Under the pieces are notes generated by a model. That model was not told where the DNA came from and searched no databases. It saw nothing but the letters and a program-made list of their open reading frames with translations. A stretch of 63,197 bases of DNA, the filler included, from Sluysia triapertura (lineage: Eukaryota): NCBI GenBank assembly GCA_046118255.1. It is 5 parts of 5 records of this genome, joined end to end, with 100 filler letters (N's around TTAATTAATTAA, not from the genome) between each part and the next. Parts side by side here need not be neighbours in the genome. Positions count along the whole stretch, not along the records: positions 26,844 to 38,797 come from JBJNIA010153161.1; positions 38,898 to 49,685 come from JBJNIA010193449.1; 3 more parts are not named here. One strand, given 5' to 3'. Of the stretch, positions 27,790 to 42,207 are shown one piece after another; the stretch's first letter is position 1, and each line of letters starts with the position of its first letter. Both the position numbers and the translations under genes were made by a program.

Positions 27790-29330
27790 AAATCTACCCC
27801 AGAAAAAAATAATTTACTTAAAATCAAAATAATAAAATAAATTCACAATTTTTCCCGGTACATTGACATTAATGATCTGTTACTTGTTATAGAGTAAAAT
27901 TTTTATGTAGTAAAATTTTTAGGTATTCCTTTTCATACTTTCTCTTCGTGCTGTTAGATTTCATTAAATGGACTGACCGAGATTCGAACCCGGTTCCTCT
28001 TGCCTCACATCTGTGAGGTTCGACGATTTTACCACTAAACGATCGGCCATGTCTAGCAATATTTTATTTTATTACATTCAATTATACAATCATTATTCTG
28101 AATGGCGCATTTAAGCCTGTGCGTTAACCATTCCTGAATTTTTGATCAAACATTCTCTCGCACACATCATCTCAATATTCTTTGAGAATTAATCTGATAA
28201 TAAAAAAGTATGACTACAATAATATATTTTAAAGGCTTGTTTAAAATAGCCTTTTCCAAAAAAGCTCATTACCTATGAATGATTTTAAATATATTGAAGC
28301 TATACACGTAATCAATAATAATTAACTTCCTAACAATTTATTACAATATTACAAAAATATGCATGATTATAATAAACCTTAATTGTATTTTTTGATATTT
28401 AAAAAATTGTTTTAAAGACCTTTTTAAAATGGTCTTTCAAAATAATAAAAAGTTTGAAAGTTTAATTTATATACCGCTTAGGGGTATAAAAACCTATATG
28501 TATAGCTAACGTGATTATACATTAATTATGGTGATCCTTATCCCCATCATTCAATAGTTTTTTCCTTTTTTTGCAATTCTAAATGGTTTTAAGAAATTTT
28601 GTATTTTAATTGTCATCAAACTTACTGATTTAATGTATTTATATATATTTTGATAACTTACTGTTTCCGCTAAATATTTAAGTACTCAAATTCTTTAAAT
28701 GAAACAATTTCCCTTACAAATTAAATAACTTCCTTTGTGTATTTATACTAAACTACTAAGTTCCGTTTTATAAATATTTAAAATGTTAATTAATTATATT
28801 AAGGTATTAGTTTTAATTATAATACTAATCATAATATTAAATACTTTTCTTATTAATATTGAATACTTTTCTTATACAACTAAATATTTTCCACACTTTA
28901 GCTTTAATACTTGCTACATTGATTAATCTAATTAACCATCATTAAACTAATTCATCAAATTACAATAAATAATGAATTTAATTTTAGTTTTTAGAATTTG
29001 ATTGATTTTCAGTTTTTCACACCAAATTTTCTTGTGGAAAATGGTTAAGGTTCTTATTATCAAACAAATACCCTTATTGAATCTTTATTATTTGAGAAAA
29101 TTCCCAATTCAGTTTCTTTAGTTGAGTCACCCACATGTTCATTGATTGAATTACTGTGTTGATTATTCTGACTTGAAATTAGTTGTTGATTATCTAGTAT
29201 TAATTATAATAACATTTTTTAGATTCTTTCTAGCTGTTCCGAATATTGGATTTATGTTATGATTTATTAATAATTGCAGGATTGAATATAGCTTATTTTA
29301 CTTGTGCAATTACAATATTTATATTGCACT
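27790..29330 (+). repeat. Interrupted R1 copy (27790..28203 and 28940..29330) carrying tRNA-like copy A as an insertion
   Basis: 27790..28203 is collinear with 46430..46662 except for a ~170-bp insert (about 27950..28122). 28970..29070 matches 46820..46900. Confidence 0.7.
27969..28049 (-). repeat. tRNA-like repeat copy A (not a functional tRNA)
   Basis: D-arm/A box GTTTAGTGGTAAAAT, T-arm/B box CCGGG-TTCGAAT-CTCGG and 3' TCAGTCCA. The anticodon loop is replaced by the hairpin CCTCACA-GA-TGTGAGG and the acceptor stem is mismatched. Confidence 0.75.
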
Positions 29331-32300
29331 GAATTTAATTAAGTTTGAATTTTATTCTTATTTATAAAGCTTTGAATTTAAGGTTAGTAAAGAATATATT
29401 TTATGTGATAAAGAAGATTTAAGACTATTAAAGACGCAAGAAGAATAGAAATCAAATAATAGTTAACTCAATATAAGTCTTTTTACGAGAATTAATTATA
29501 ATCCACTATAAATCGATCTCAAAAAACTTAAATAAAATATTATTTGTAATACTCAATTTCAAGGGTTACACAACGAATACAAATATTAGTATTCAAATAA
29601 CAATAAATAAACAATAAAAACTCAAGATTCAACTAAGAGCAAGGTGGTTTAAAGACAAAATTTAATCCGATTACTGATGAACTATTAGATTCAGTTAGTC
29701 TTGTCACTACTTCTTACAGCAAAAGCAATTGTTTTTGTATTAAATAATAGAAAAATGTGATTCTTTATTAGATAATTGTTTAGACAATTGTTAGGAAGTC
29801 GGAATTCGCCTTATTGTGCATGTCGGTAACACATGTTTATTTCGTAGAATCGGTTTTATATGGACCAATTTTATTAATCAAATTTAAACAAATTTCTGTC
29901 GAATTTCCACCTCAATACTATCAAGTAACTATTCAAATATAATCAGTTTTGTAGCAAACAAACTCTTATCTTTTCAAAATAATAAAATTAAAATTTATCA
30001 CAGTTGTAATAATACCTGTTGATACAATAATACATCAACTTAAATTGAATATAAATCTAATCAAATATAAAAATAGTTAATAATAATTTTTGATAAAATG
30101 CACATGTTAACTGTACGTCACACGCCAATTTCAATAACTTATTTAAAATGATAAAGAAAATTAATAAAAACTGATAATTTTACCGTATCTTTGTTGAAGT
30201 TTCGCATTATCTCGATGTTCATAGCACTAATAAATTTCATAATTGTATTTTATTATGAGATACCAGTTCCTACGCAAACATCATACAGAAATTTATTGAT
30301 CAAAAATAACTTTCAAATAAATTTAATTAAATTAATTAACAAATATACTTATAAATTTTCAAGCTGCGATATCCTTACAACCCTTTTATCTTCTGATGAC
30401 TCCAACACTCTTCTAGTTAGAGTTAATAGAAAATAACTTCAGTTTTAAATACTTAACTCACTTTCAAATTACAATACTCAATCACAGAGGGCAATGACAC
30501 TACATATGCACAGAAACTCTTTCTTGATCCACTCAGCAACATATACATTTCGAGAAAAGATGTAAGGTCTTTAGAACAAAGAAAAACTTCCGTCTACTCA
30601 AAATACGGAATCATTATAAATACATTGTACAAAAAGGAAACGTATTAAGTAATTCATAATGATTTACAACGTTGTAATTAATTAAAACAAAAATTACAAG
30701 TCAGAAAATGTTTCAACAGAACTTAATTCACAAATTTTATCACAAGAGTATCATAAGATAATTTATTTCACCTAAATACTTAATTAAACTTTCCAATTAA
30801 TAAATTAATCAAAAAATTCAATTTTCAAATACTCCTAAATCGATTTTATTTTGAATCACACTGAAAAATAAATGAAAAACTTAATATTAAAAACTTATTT
30901 AAATTTAAAAGATAATTAGGCATGAGATTTTACAGTTTATAACTATGCACATATTTTATTTTATATTTTAAAATATATCTCTAACTTTAAATGGTGTGAT
31001 TCGATGATATAATTGGAATTTTGGTTAAAACTTGTTTTTCCACTTCTAAAACAAACAAGTTCATAAAAGATTAGTGTTGAGCCATTTTTAGTTAAATAAA
31101 ATATAAGGCTCAAAAATAGAGCTTCAAAAATTTTGGTAATTGTTAATTTGCATCACCGTATAGACATAATTCTATGAAATCTGTTTATGAAATTACTACA
31201 TTAATAATTTTAAGTATACAATTAAAAAATGTTTAACGTAAAACCTATGAAAAATATGCAAGCCAAAAACCATTTACAATTTCAATAAAAGCATTAAATC
31301 CAACAAGTTATTTATTAAAATTAAAATCCAATTAATTTTTAAAATCATGACTCCAACACTTGTAACAACTTGCTTTCAAATTATAAAATGAAATATTAAA
31401 TAATAAGCGAAGTTTTTAAATTTCAAAGTAATGAACCTCATTAATATAGGAGTAATGTATTCGTTAAAACATTAACATTGAAATTCATGACTTTAATTAA
31501 TAAGTTTACGTTCTGGTGTGATTAAAAAAGGAATTCTATGTGAAACTTATACAAAATATTTGTTTGATAAAAACAGTGTTTCAAGTTCATAATATTATAT
31601 ACTAATACTAAAACAAAAATCTCACTACAAAATATTACTTTATCGAACGACGAAGCAACCTAAAATAAATTGATATTTAAAAATCAAAGTTTGTTTAAAT
31701 TAATTTAGATGATCCTATTTTTTACACTAAAAAAATATTTGCATCAAAATATTTATCGTTAATTTAATTGCTAAATTTTAATCATTATATTCATATAATA
31801 CAACCCAAATATTTTTATACAATTATACACACAAACTTAGAGTGCAAGTCAAGTTTTACAAATAAAGTTTATAAAAGCAGAAGTAAAAAATTAGCTCTGT
31901 AAAAGCTATATTTAATTAAATTACACCTATAAGAATTTTGATTAATACTAGTTTATTTATATTGTGACAAAAATATATTTGTATTATCAATTTGAAAGTA
32001 TTGAACAAAATTTTTTTAATGTATTTCCTTTAAGATTAATCGAAGTATCATTGTTACAATTTAGAAAACATGATTTTCTAACACCTTTTTGGATTAAACA
32101 ATTCCTAACTTTAATTTCTAATTAAGTGTAAATAAAACCTAATTCAGTATTAGTCAATAAATCAATCAATTAAAATTTATCAATATTGATGAATCATGTT
32201 ATTAACACATGTACTACTACGGAGAATTGTAATACACTAGCATCTTACTACAAATTTTATTCAAATTGAATTTTACATATTGGACAAATTTTCTGATCGT

Positions 32301-33231
32301 CAAAAATAAACTGCAATATCTATAAAACTAAGAATTTATTGCTTCTATATTAAATTTATTGTAAACGCACCTTACATAATTTACACAAATTAAATCGTAA
32401 AGATTATTAAAAGTAATTATTTAATTCACGTACCCAAACCTGACTTCACTTATTAGTTAACTTAAAAATTAACAAAAAATGTAGTCTTGAAAATAAAGGT
32501 TAATGCAACAAGTAACCACACATACAAAAATATTAATTCCACATAATAAAGTTAAATTTGAGATTACAATAATCAAAAATTGAAATGACTTGGAAAATAG
32601 AATTGTTTATTATTTGTATTTTAAATTAAATTTCAATATAAAAAATTAAGAGTTTGATGAACTTAAATTGAATTCTAACGATATAAAATAATGTAAAAAG
32701 CACTTTATTTAAATATCTACATTTAAAAACAAAACACGACAGAATCATGTCTGGTCAAATTTATAAATTGAAGTTACCATTGGTAAATGTCATAAATCAA
32801 AAGTGGAAAACAAAACAGACAACTTTCCTAACATAAAACAATAGAATAAAGTTCAACCACAATTTATATAAAACACAATATATAAAACACTATATGACTG
32901 ATGAGATTATATCTAAAGTCTGATATATAATAACTAAAATAATTTGAAAAATCAAATTAATTATAATCAAGCTTTGCCAAATTAATATTTTACTCAATCC
33001 AATAAAATAACTAATTCTGTATACAAAAATTTATTTTCAACAAAAGCTTGGAGATTGATTTTATAACGTAAATCCTGATATTAAAATTTTTAAATCTCAA
33101 ATCCACTTTTAAATTGGAATATTCATTTCTCCAAACAATGGATATACCTAATTTCCATTTAGTTATCAAGAAACATTTGTATATAATATATAATAAAAAA
33201 ATTGTTTTATGTTAATTATAAACTTCATCGC

Positions 33232-34489
<1,258 letters not shown>

Positions 34490-37423
34490 TCCTTTTGACA
34501 ACAAAATGGAAGTTTTTAGTGACTTTCAAAATATTATTTATGTGAAATTATTCAAACAAAATTAATTAAAATGATGATTAAAATTTTGTCAAAAATTAAA
34601 TACAACATTTATAATAAGTTTATATTTTTGAACATATAGTTTAGTTTATGTAATTTTATGCGCTATAATTAATAAATAAAAATTGTATATTGAAATTTTG
34701 ATATATAAAATAAAGTGTAACTTAGCATCTGAAAAGCAGTGAAAATTCATGAAATCGAAACATTCTTTAAAATTTATTTGTATTTTTAAAAATAGTAACA
34801 TAATCCGCTACATTTTACTATTATAACTGTAGCTCACGATGATGTGGTATTTGGATGCGAATTATATTTTTTTTGCCTCACGGTATGAGATTATTATTAT
34901 AGAAGTTATAACAATAAATATAACTAATAAATACAATGACTGTATTTGTTTTTGAATGAGTCGCTTAGTTTATTTAGTGTTTTGTTAATGTAAGAAATGT
35001 TCGTATGTGATGAAGTGTGTTTGTAATTTTGATGCTATTTCCCTACACCGTAGGTTGGCAGTACTTAAAAGAGCTTCACGTAATGATTTAGTTATTTTCT
35101 GGTGGTATTGGTGTTAATGCTATTTCTGAAAAATTCGTTATAAACGAAACAATGAAGACTTATTTTTATTCATGATTTTGATATTGAAACAAATTAAAAA
35201 TATTTACTAAATGATTTTGTTGTTTTGTTTTTCTTTATGTTGAACGATTTCGGTAATAGTGGAGTAGTAATAAATTTACTTTTATGTTTCACCTAAATTT
35301 ATTCACGAAATAAATTAGTTCTTGAGTTTGTATGATTATAAATAGAAAAGCAATATATATATACAGTTAGAGTAGAATCAATGTCTTTTGAAGAAAAACT
35401 TGCTACCATAGATAATAAATGCAAGATTCAATGGTCATTGTTTGTTTTAACGTTTAATTAATATTGTTTGTGAATTAATTAATCATTTTGATTGCAACAT
35501 TTCGAATAAAGAATTAGTTAAATTTTGCATAATATTACTAATTTATTTTACTTGATTCATCATTATTTATTATTTATTATAATTTATTTACACTTAAATT
35601 ATTTAGTGAAATATTTATCATTTTGTATTTTATACGTAAATTAATACAGTTTCTAAGTAATTTAAAATGCTTGAAAAGGAGTTTAAACAATGTTTAGAAT
35701 TTCTATCACGTAACCAAAAAAGGTTCTGTGTCATTTGTGATAAGTATTTAAAAAACTCACACCAATGGGATGATCAATTAAGAAAACCTGTCAATGATGT
35801 AATGAAAGTTTTCGACCTAAATGATCCTGTACAAACTATAGAATGGCCGATGGCGGGAACCTACAAATTTACTGTACATAAATGCAATTATACAATTCCA
35901 AAGTGAAGTTTTAAATGCAAATCCATTAGGTCACGGAACTACGACAGTTGTTAGAGATGCAGCGACTACTTGCTCAACTGATGGTCAGCTTTATACTAAT
36001 ATATGCAAAGGGCTAAATGTAAAGAAATCGTCAGTCAAGAAGATCTCGGTGATCAAAATACTCAAGAAAGTTATATTATGACATATCTAAACGTGGATTC
36101 CATTAAGCATACATTTATGTCGAGCAAAATGACATTTTAAATCAAGTTGAGAAATATTTTCGTGAACATTTTTATTCTTTGAATTTATATTTATATTTGT
36201 TACATTTGCATTGTTTTATATTCGAGTTAATTACGAAGCATTATTTGCCAAGCCTTAGGCCGGCTCCTAATCTTACGAAAAATTTAAATACTAGGGTAAA
36301 GTTTTTCATTAATGCAACAAACAAACTAATCAAAGAAATTTTATTTGAAATTATTAAGTATACAAATACTAAAGGAAACAAAATTTAAGGAAATTAAGTG
36401 GACAGAATTTAAGACACAGATCAGAAAACACAAATAGCTTCTTCAATAAAATAAAAATAATTGTTAGGATTACTGAAGGATAAGGGTTATAATTCAAGAT
36501 AATAAAAAAATAAACATCATTAAGGAATTAAGATAAAGTATTATGATGAATTGTAATAATAAAATAAGCGTAAAAATATCTTAATCAAGACAAAAAATGA
36601 AAAATATAAAATAACCCTTTACAAGGTTTTAATTGTTAAAATATTAAAACACATTTCTAATTAATTTAATTAAAATTTATATAATTTGATAACTTAATGA
36701 AAAATGTTTCCTCATGATAAAATAATGTTAGATTTAGTTTTAGATTTATTTTTAATGATGAAGTGTTAAAAGCACGTCGATGTAGATAACGTAAAAATTA
36801 GTTATTTTAATTAGTTTTTATAATCTAAAATTAGAGTTATGTATATTCTGTTGTTTAATTTTAAGCAAGGTATATATTAAATTAATGCTCATGAATGTAC
36901 CAATTCAATATGTTATTGAACTTGAAGCGCAACGTATTATACAAAAGATTCCTATAAAAAATAAATTTATTACTTCATTAATTTTATCCTAAATTTAAGT
37001 TAATAAACTGCGTTATTGAAAGAATAACTATAATAATGATATTAAATTTTAATTTAATGACGTTGAAAAGATAAGAGGATTGTGAATCACATATCCCATT
37101 ATTTTTAGATAATTAAAAAGATAACGAAAGTAGACACAGTCAGAAATTACTGTCGAAATTTAATATGTGAGAGTAATAAGGGTAAATAATATATGGTTAT
37201 TCATTTTTATATTAACTAATATTCATTTTTATATTAACATAGTTAAAAAAATGTTTCAAAAATTAAATCCGACTTAGCTAAAAAATGAATTCTGTTCAAT
37301 ATAAATATGTAAGTTAAAAATATTAAAACTATGAGTATCTTAAACATTTAAATAGTTTTCTACTGGTTTGTATGAATTTTATTAAAGATATACAATTTTA
37401 AAACTTTCAAAGGTAAAAACATA

Positions 37424-37907
37424 TTCATCTAAAAATATGAGATTTTCATCAGCAATTCTTGAAATTTCATTTGAATAAATTTTTCTTTGATTTATCCTTT
37501 CTAATGTATTTCTTTCAATTGGTACCAATGTCAGTCTTTTTCTACTGAATCCCATTTTTTTTGTTTTCTACATAAGTAGGTTGGAAAATATTTAAATTTT
37601 CTAAACCAATGATCTTTTCTTTCATTTCATTTTGTGTGATTGAATTGTCTATTGAAACCATGTTATATGTGGCTTGATCTATGTTATTATTGATCGAATT
37701 TTTGCGTAGACATGTAATCTTTCTTTTTTCCTTAGAATATGTAAAAATCTTTCCACTTTAATGATCTTTTATGATTCTCCAGGCTGCCTTGCGACTAATA
37801 GTAAACATTTCTGAAATTTTTTTAATTGAAGCTTTTTCTGCTTGAGACATTGATACTATTATTTCTGCAACTTCTTTAGTAATGTTTTTCCTAGATTTTC
37901 TTTCCAT
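37424..37907 (-). mobile_element. IS630-like/Tc1-superfamily transposase 5' half, truncated after the first catalytic Asp
   Basis: An HTH region MERKSRKNITKEVAEII...IKKISEMFTISRKAAWRII is followed, after a frameshift, by MGFSRKRLTLVPIERNTLERINQRKIY...ENLIFLDE. Confidence 0.75.
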
Positions 37908-38797
37908 TTTTAAGGGTTATTGAGATACTTTCATTTTAGATTAAAACAGTTGATAAAAATGTTAATATTACGAATAATATAAAACAATCATATTTCATAA
38001 CTTTACAATATCAAAATTGCATTTCTTAACACTACACAACAACCTTATAGAATTTGTCAAAACCGTTTCTATATTTTATTCTTTTCATCCACTAAAATCA
38101 AATTCCATATATCAAAAAAATTTTTTAATCCACAATCTCATAACATTCAAACCATACTAATATTCAAAACCATCAATTTACATTAAAAAATTCATCTAAA
38201 ATATTTTACTCTTCATTTCTTAATAATTCAATTACAACCACATCCGAAATAAACTCTTAGATACTTTCAAATCAATTCAAACATTCCAAATTCATGACTT
38301 TCTATCATTTAATTCCTAACATCACAGAAAGACAATATTACTTAAAAATATCAAGAAAATAAATCACATTTTCAACATTGTACAACCACCTTTTCAACGT
38401 AACAAAAGCTAGACTATAACTTATCTTCTTTTCATCCACTAAACTAGACTCTTTTCAATGCATTTTAAGTCAAAATCCACTAACATCTAAACATTATTTC
38501 ATTCAGAAGATCAAGGTATATTTTAATATCCCCATAAAACATTTATATTATTTCAAAATACTTAACACCTAAACTTATCTTCACTTAAAACTAGTAAATA
38601 GCATTTAAAATTACATTAAAAGTTTTACGCATTATCTTATAAAATTAGTGTCACTATTACACCTTAAAACCTTATCCAAAATACGTAACATTAAACTGTA
38701 ACATCACAAATTCACAATTCCTTAAGTCTCGTCTATTTTAATAATTTAAATATGTTAAGCATAAACAAGAAAGAATTAAAAATAAGATTTTGCATTG

Positions 38798-38897
38798 NNN
38801 NNNNNNNNNNNNNNNNNNNNNNNNNNNNNNNNNNNNNNNNNTTAATTAATTAANNNNNNNNNNNNNNNNNNNNNNNNNNNNNNNNNNNNNNNNNNNN
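38798..38897. other. Artificial assembly spacer
   Basis: N44-TTAATTAATTAA-N44. Confidence 0.99.
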
Positions 38898-41587
38898 AAG
38901 GATGTAGCTTTATAATAAAACTCCACCCTGCGATAATAAGGTTGTTATTGATCGTAAGGACCAACAAAAAGTATATGAATTTATATTTTAGAGAGGATTT
39001 TATTAATCGATCTTAAGGATCAATCGTACAATTAAGATTTTAAGTAGAATTTTATAACTTAATTTCCTTTGTAAGTTTACAAACTTATATGAAAAAATCT
39101 TACTAAATAATTTATCATAAATGGACTGAATTGATTTGGATCTTCGGCGATACTCCTCTAATCGGTACTCGGAGGTATCGCTAATAAAATTATGATTGAA
39201 ATAACTGGAGCTTGCTGTTGCTGTTGAATTACCCACGATACTGACGACTGTATGATGATTTATAATAGCTACTGGATTCTTTGTATTTTGGTTGATGATC
39301 GCGTTACTTTGTATGATGAATTGAAAATGGAGTTTGTTGGTTGCTTTGTGACGAATTGTATATTGTGTTCTTTATGATGGCTACTCTTGCTTTATATATC
39401 TTTTACATTTTCTTTGTTGCCATTTTGAAATTTTTATTCATTTAAACAACTTCCTTCTGGAAGATTCTTTTGTAATAACTTTTATAAGATAATAATTATA
39501 ATGATTTTAAAAATAATAATTTTAATATATTTTTATAATAATTATAATTTTTAACTTTATTATAAAATTTTTTAATTATTAAAAATTCAAAAAATTTTTA
39601 AAAAAATAAATAAAATTTTAAACATTCTTACACTATAAACGATAATCGATAACTTAATTCAAGACTCTTGTCGGGGATAATGTTACTAGTTTTGGATATT
39701 TATTATTAGTAGTAAAAGAAATCATATTCGAATAATTAGATCTAGCGAGCGAGAGCGGCTAGCATAATTCAAAAAATCATTCAGTGATTTGTTCCATTAA
39801 ATTTGAAAGTTTTGTTACATTTAAGGTACTCACCTAAATTAAGGTATAAAAGTAAACTTAATATTTTAACTTTGTTTTACACTAACTTAAACTTAGTAAT
39901 TAAAATATTTATCAAAACATTATTTTGTCATAATTATTTTGTTTATTGTAAATTCTTAATTAGTTTAAGAAGTTTATCTTTATTGTATTATTTACTTTAG
40001 AGATAAATTGAAAGAAAGTCTTTGCAAAACATTTAGTAGTTACATTTTTTAAGGATAAAAGTAAAATTTTTCACAAATCCAGTATTTAAATATTAAATTG
40101 GTACTTCTAACTAACCTCTTTGTACACGCTAAGCTTAAAGTATTTTATTTATTTTACAACTTTTCAGGAAGAATTACTAAAATTCTGTTAACACATTAGA
40201 TAACTTAAAATATATAATTTAGAAGGGAAACTTAAAACTATTAAATTTTTTGAAGTCATTTAAATTAAATTGATTTAATTTAAAATTAGACAATACCTTT
40301 TCAGACTTTCGAAAAGCCTTTTTTTCCATAGGAATAACATGAATAAACTATTATAAAATTATTTTTGTAAGATAAGTTTCGAATAAAACAGCTTGAATAC
40401 CAAACTTACAATTATTTTTAAAATGATTTATCATGAATTCGAATTAATTAAATTTTATTACAAAAAATTTGTCCATTTGTAAGTTTTTATGTTGTATTTT
40501 TAATTTGGTACTAAAATAATAAATGGACTCCTTCTGCTAACAAGGGCCAGAATGTTCCAAATAGTGTACAGTCAAAAACAAAGTCTACTTCACCACAACC
40601 AATTCTACTCACCAGCAAACCAAAATCAAACTCTGTTCCACAGCATCACAATTCATCTACTAGCAGACAAGATAATTCTTCAATAAGTTTCAAATATTAA
40701 GTGCAACTTTAGATTTTGATGGCTATCAACAAAGTTTGAGGTGTTAGCTATGAAAAGCTTAGGTTTAAGTTTGGAAATAAACTTAATGAAATAAGATCTC
40801 AGTTAGATGAAATGGCGAATCAAAATAAATTTACCTCAGTGAAAAGACGCATGACTGCACAAATAATTTTAAGATTATCTGAATTTCTTAATGGATGCAT
40901 ATTGGAATTCTTAGTTACAATAAAGAAATATTCAACTAGAAACTCATCTGGCGGTTCCTTTATTGATATCAGATTTTAATGTAAAGAATAAGGATGACCA
41001 AATTACATTCAGTATGCACCGAGTTCACAATTGAATTAAATTATGACTTGAACATGAATATATAGATTAACAAATACTAGCAAGCAAAACAGATGCGATT
41101 AATGTAAATAAAATATATGGTCAAAACTAAATACATGGACGGAAAACTGATTTTGCAATCATAGTGCAAGATCCAGGACATGTAAATTATTACTGAAATG
41201 AATTGGTTAAGTAATATAGTATATATAGGTCTGTGGAAAAATTATGTAATTTATTATTGGAAACTTTCAATTAAAATAGAAAGTGGTTCTCCTGAATTCA
41301 TTAACGAATAAAACTTAAAATTCTTGCTTTTGAATGTTAATCTTCATCCATGCATTAATTTTGTATTACAAATTTAGTAGACATACACAATTTCTTTAAA
41401 GCATCGAAATTGAAATAGCTTGTTTACCAAATTTAACGATTAATCAAACATTTATAACTAAGTTTATCTAAATTACAAAATACACTATTGCATTGACAAC
41501 GCCATAGCAATACAATTTAGAATTAAATACAACTCTAATAAAACACCTTAAATTTAATATCCAAACTTAGAAAAAAATGAAATATAT

Positions 41588-41854
41588 TTAACAATTTTTT
41601 CTAAAAAAATTGTCACTCAACATTTTGTCTTTGTGACATAAACGATTTAACGAATCATCTGATTCACCCATTTGCCGAATTTTTCCAGAAATATCATACT
41701 CGATTACATTGCGCGTAGCTAAACCAGTGTCAGGATCAACATCAGCAAAAATAATTTGTACACTTGAATGATCCTTTGCTCCAATAATTCTATTGCTTAT
41801 CGTGCATCTACGTGGTATATAGGAATCCACAAAATCACCATTATCGTTTTGCAT
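41588..41854 (-). CDS. RPS21: 40S ribosomal protein S21 (eS21), intronless, 88 aa
   Basis: MQNDNGDFVDSYIPRRCTISNRIIGAKDHSSVQI...GKIRQMGESDDSLNRL matches the eS21 pattern MQNDxGExVDLYxPRKCSxSNRIIxAKDHxSxQ...GxIRxMGESDD. The ORF is complete from ATG to TAA. Confidence 0.96.
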   Translation of the reverse strand: MQNDNGDFVDSYIPRRCTISNRIIGAKDHSSVQIIFADVDPDTGLATRNVIEYDISGKIRQMGESDDSLNRLCHKDKMLSDNFFRKNC

Positions 41855-41984
41855 TTTTAAGAATTAAATTTAGACGAAATATTTAATATTAAAACACCAA
41901 ACAAAAAATTGTTAAAATAACTTCAAAATTAAAATGTAAAATAGTTAATTTATATAAATGTTTTTAGAAATTTTATGAACCATT

Positions 41985-42064
41985 ATTAATGAAAATGTTC
42001 TAAAAATTTAAATAAATAAATTATAAATTATAATTTATTTAAATTTTAGAACATTTTCATTAAT
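41985..42064. repeat. Near-perfect 80-bp fold-back palindrome
   Basis: ATTAATGAAAATGTTCTAAAA and TTTTAGAACATTTTCATTAAT form 21 perfect bp, and pairing continues with small bulges to a tiny loop. Confidence 0.85.
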
Positions 42065-42207
42065 TTTAAATTTTGTGAATCTGTTACGTCTTTAAATATT
42101 ATTATAACTCAATATTGTTTTTATTAGTTTAAAAGAATCTTAATAACTTAAGTAGTCAGTATATCAAGTATAATTTTGAAGTAATTCCCTTACTTAATAT
42201 TAATAGC

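Noticed and set aside
27969-28049. Functional tRNA gene
   Set aside because: Mismatched acceptor stem, no canonical 7-nt anticodon loop, and diverged dispersed copies.
34551-34570. TTTTGTTTG motif upstream of both PP2A and RPS21
   Set aside because: Expected by chance in such AT-rich sequence, and based on only two genes.
40520-40980. Broken plus-strand frame with faint resemblance to dihydroneopterin aldolase
   Set aside because: Several stops and no diagnostic motif; cannot be supported without a search.
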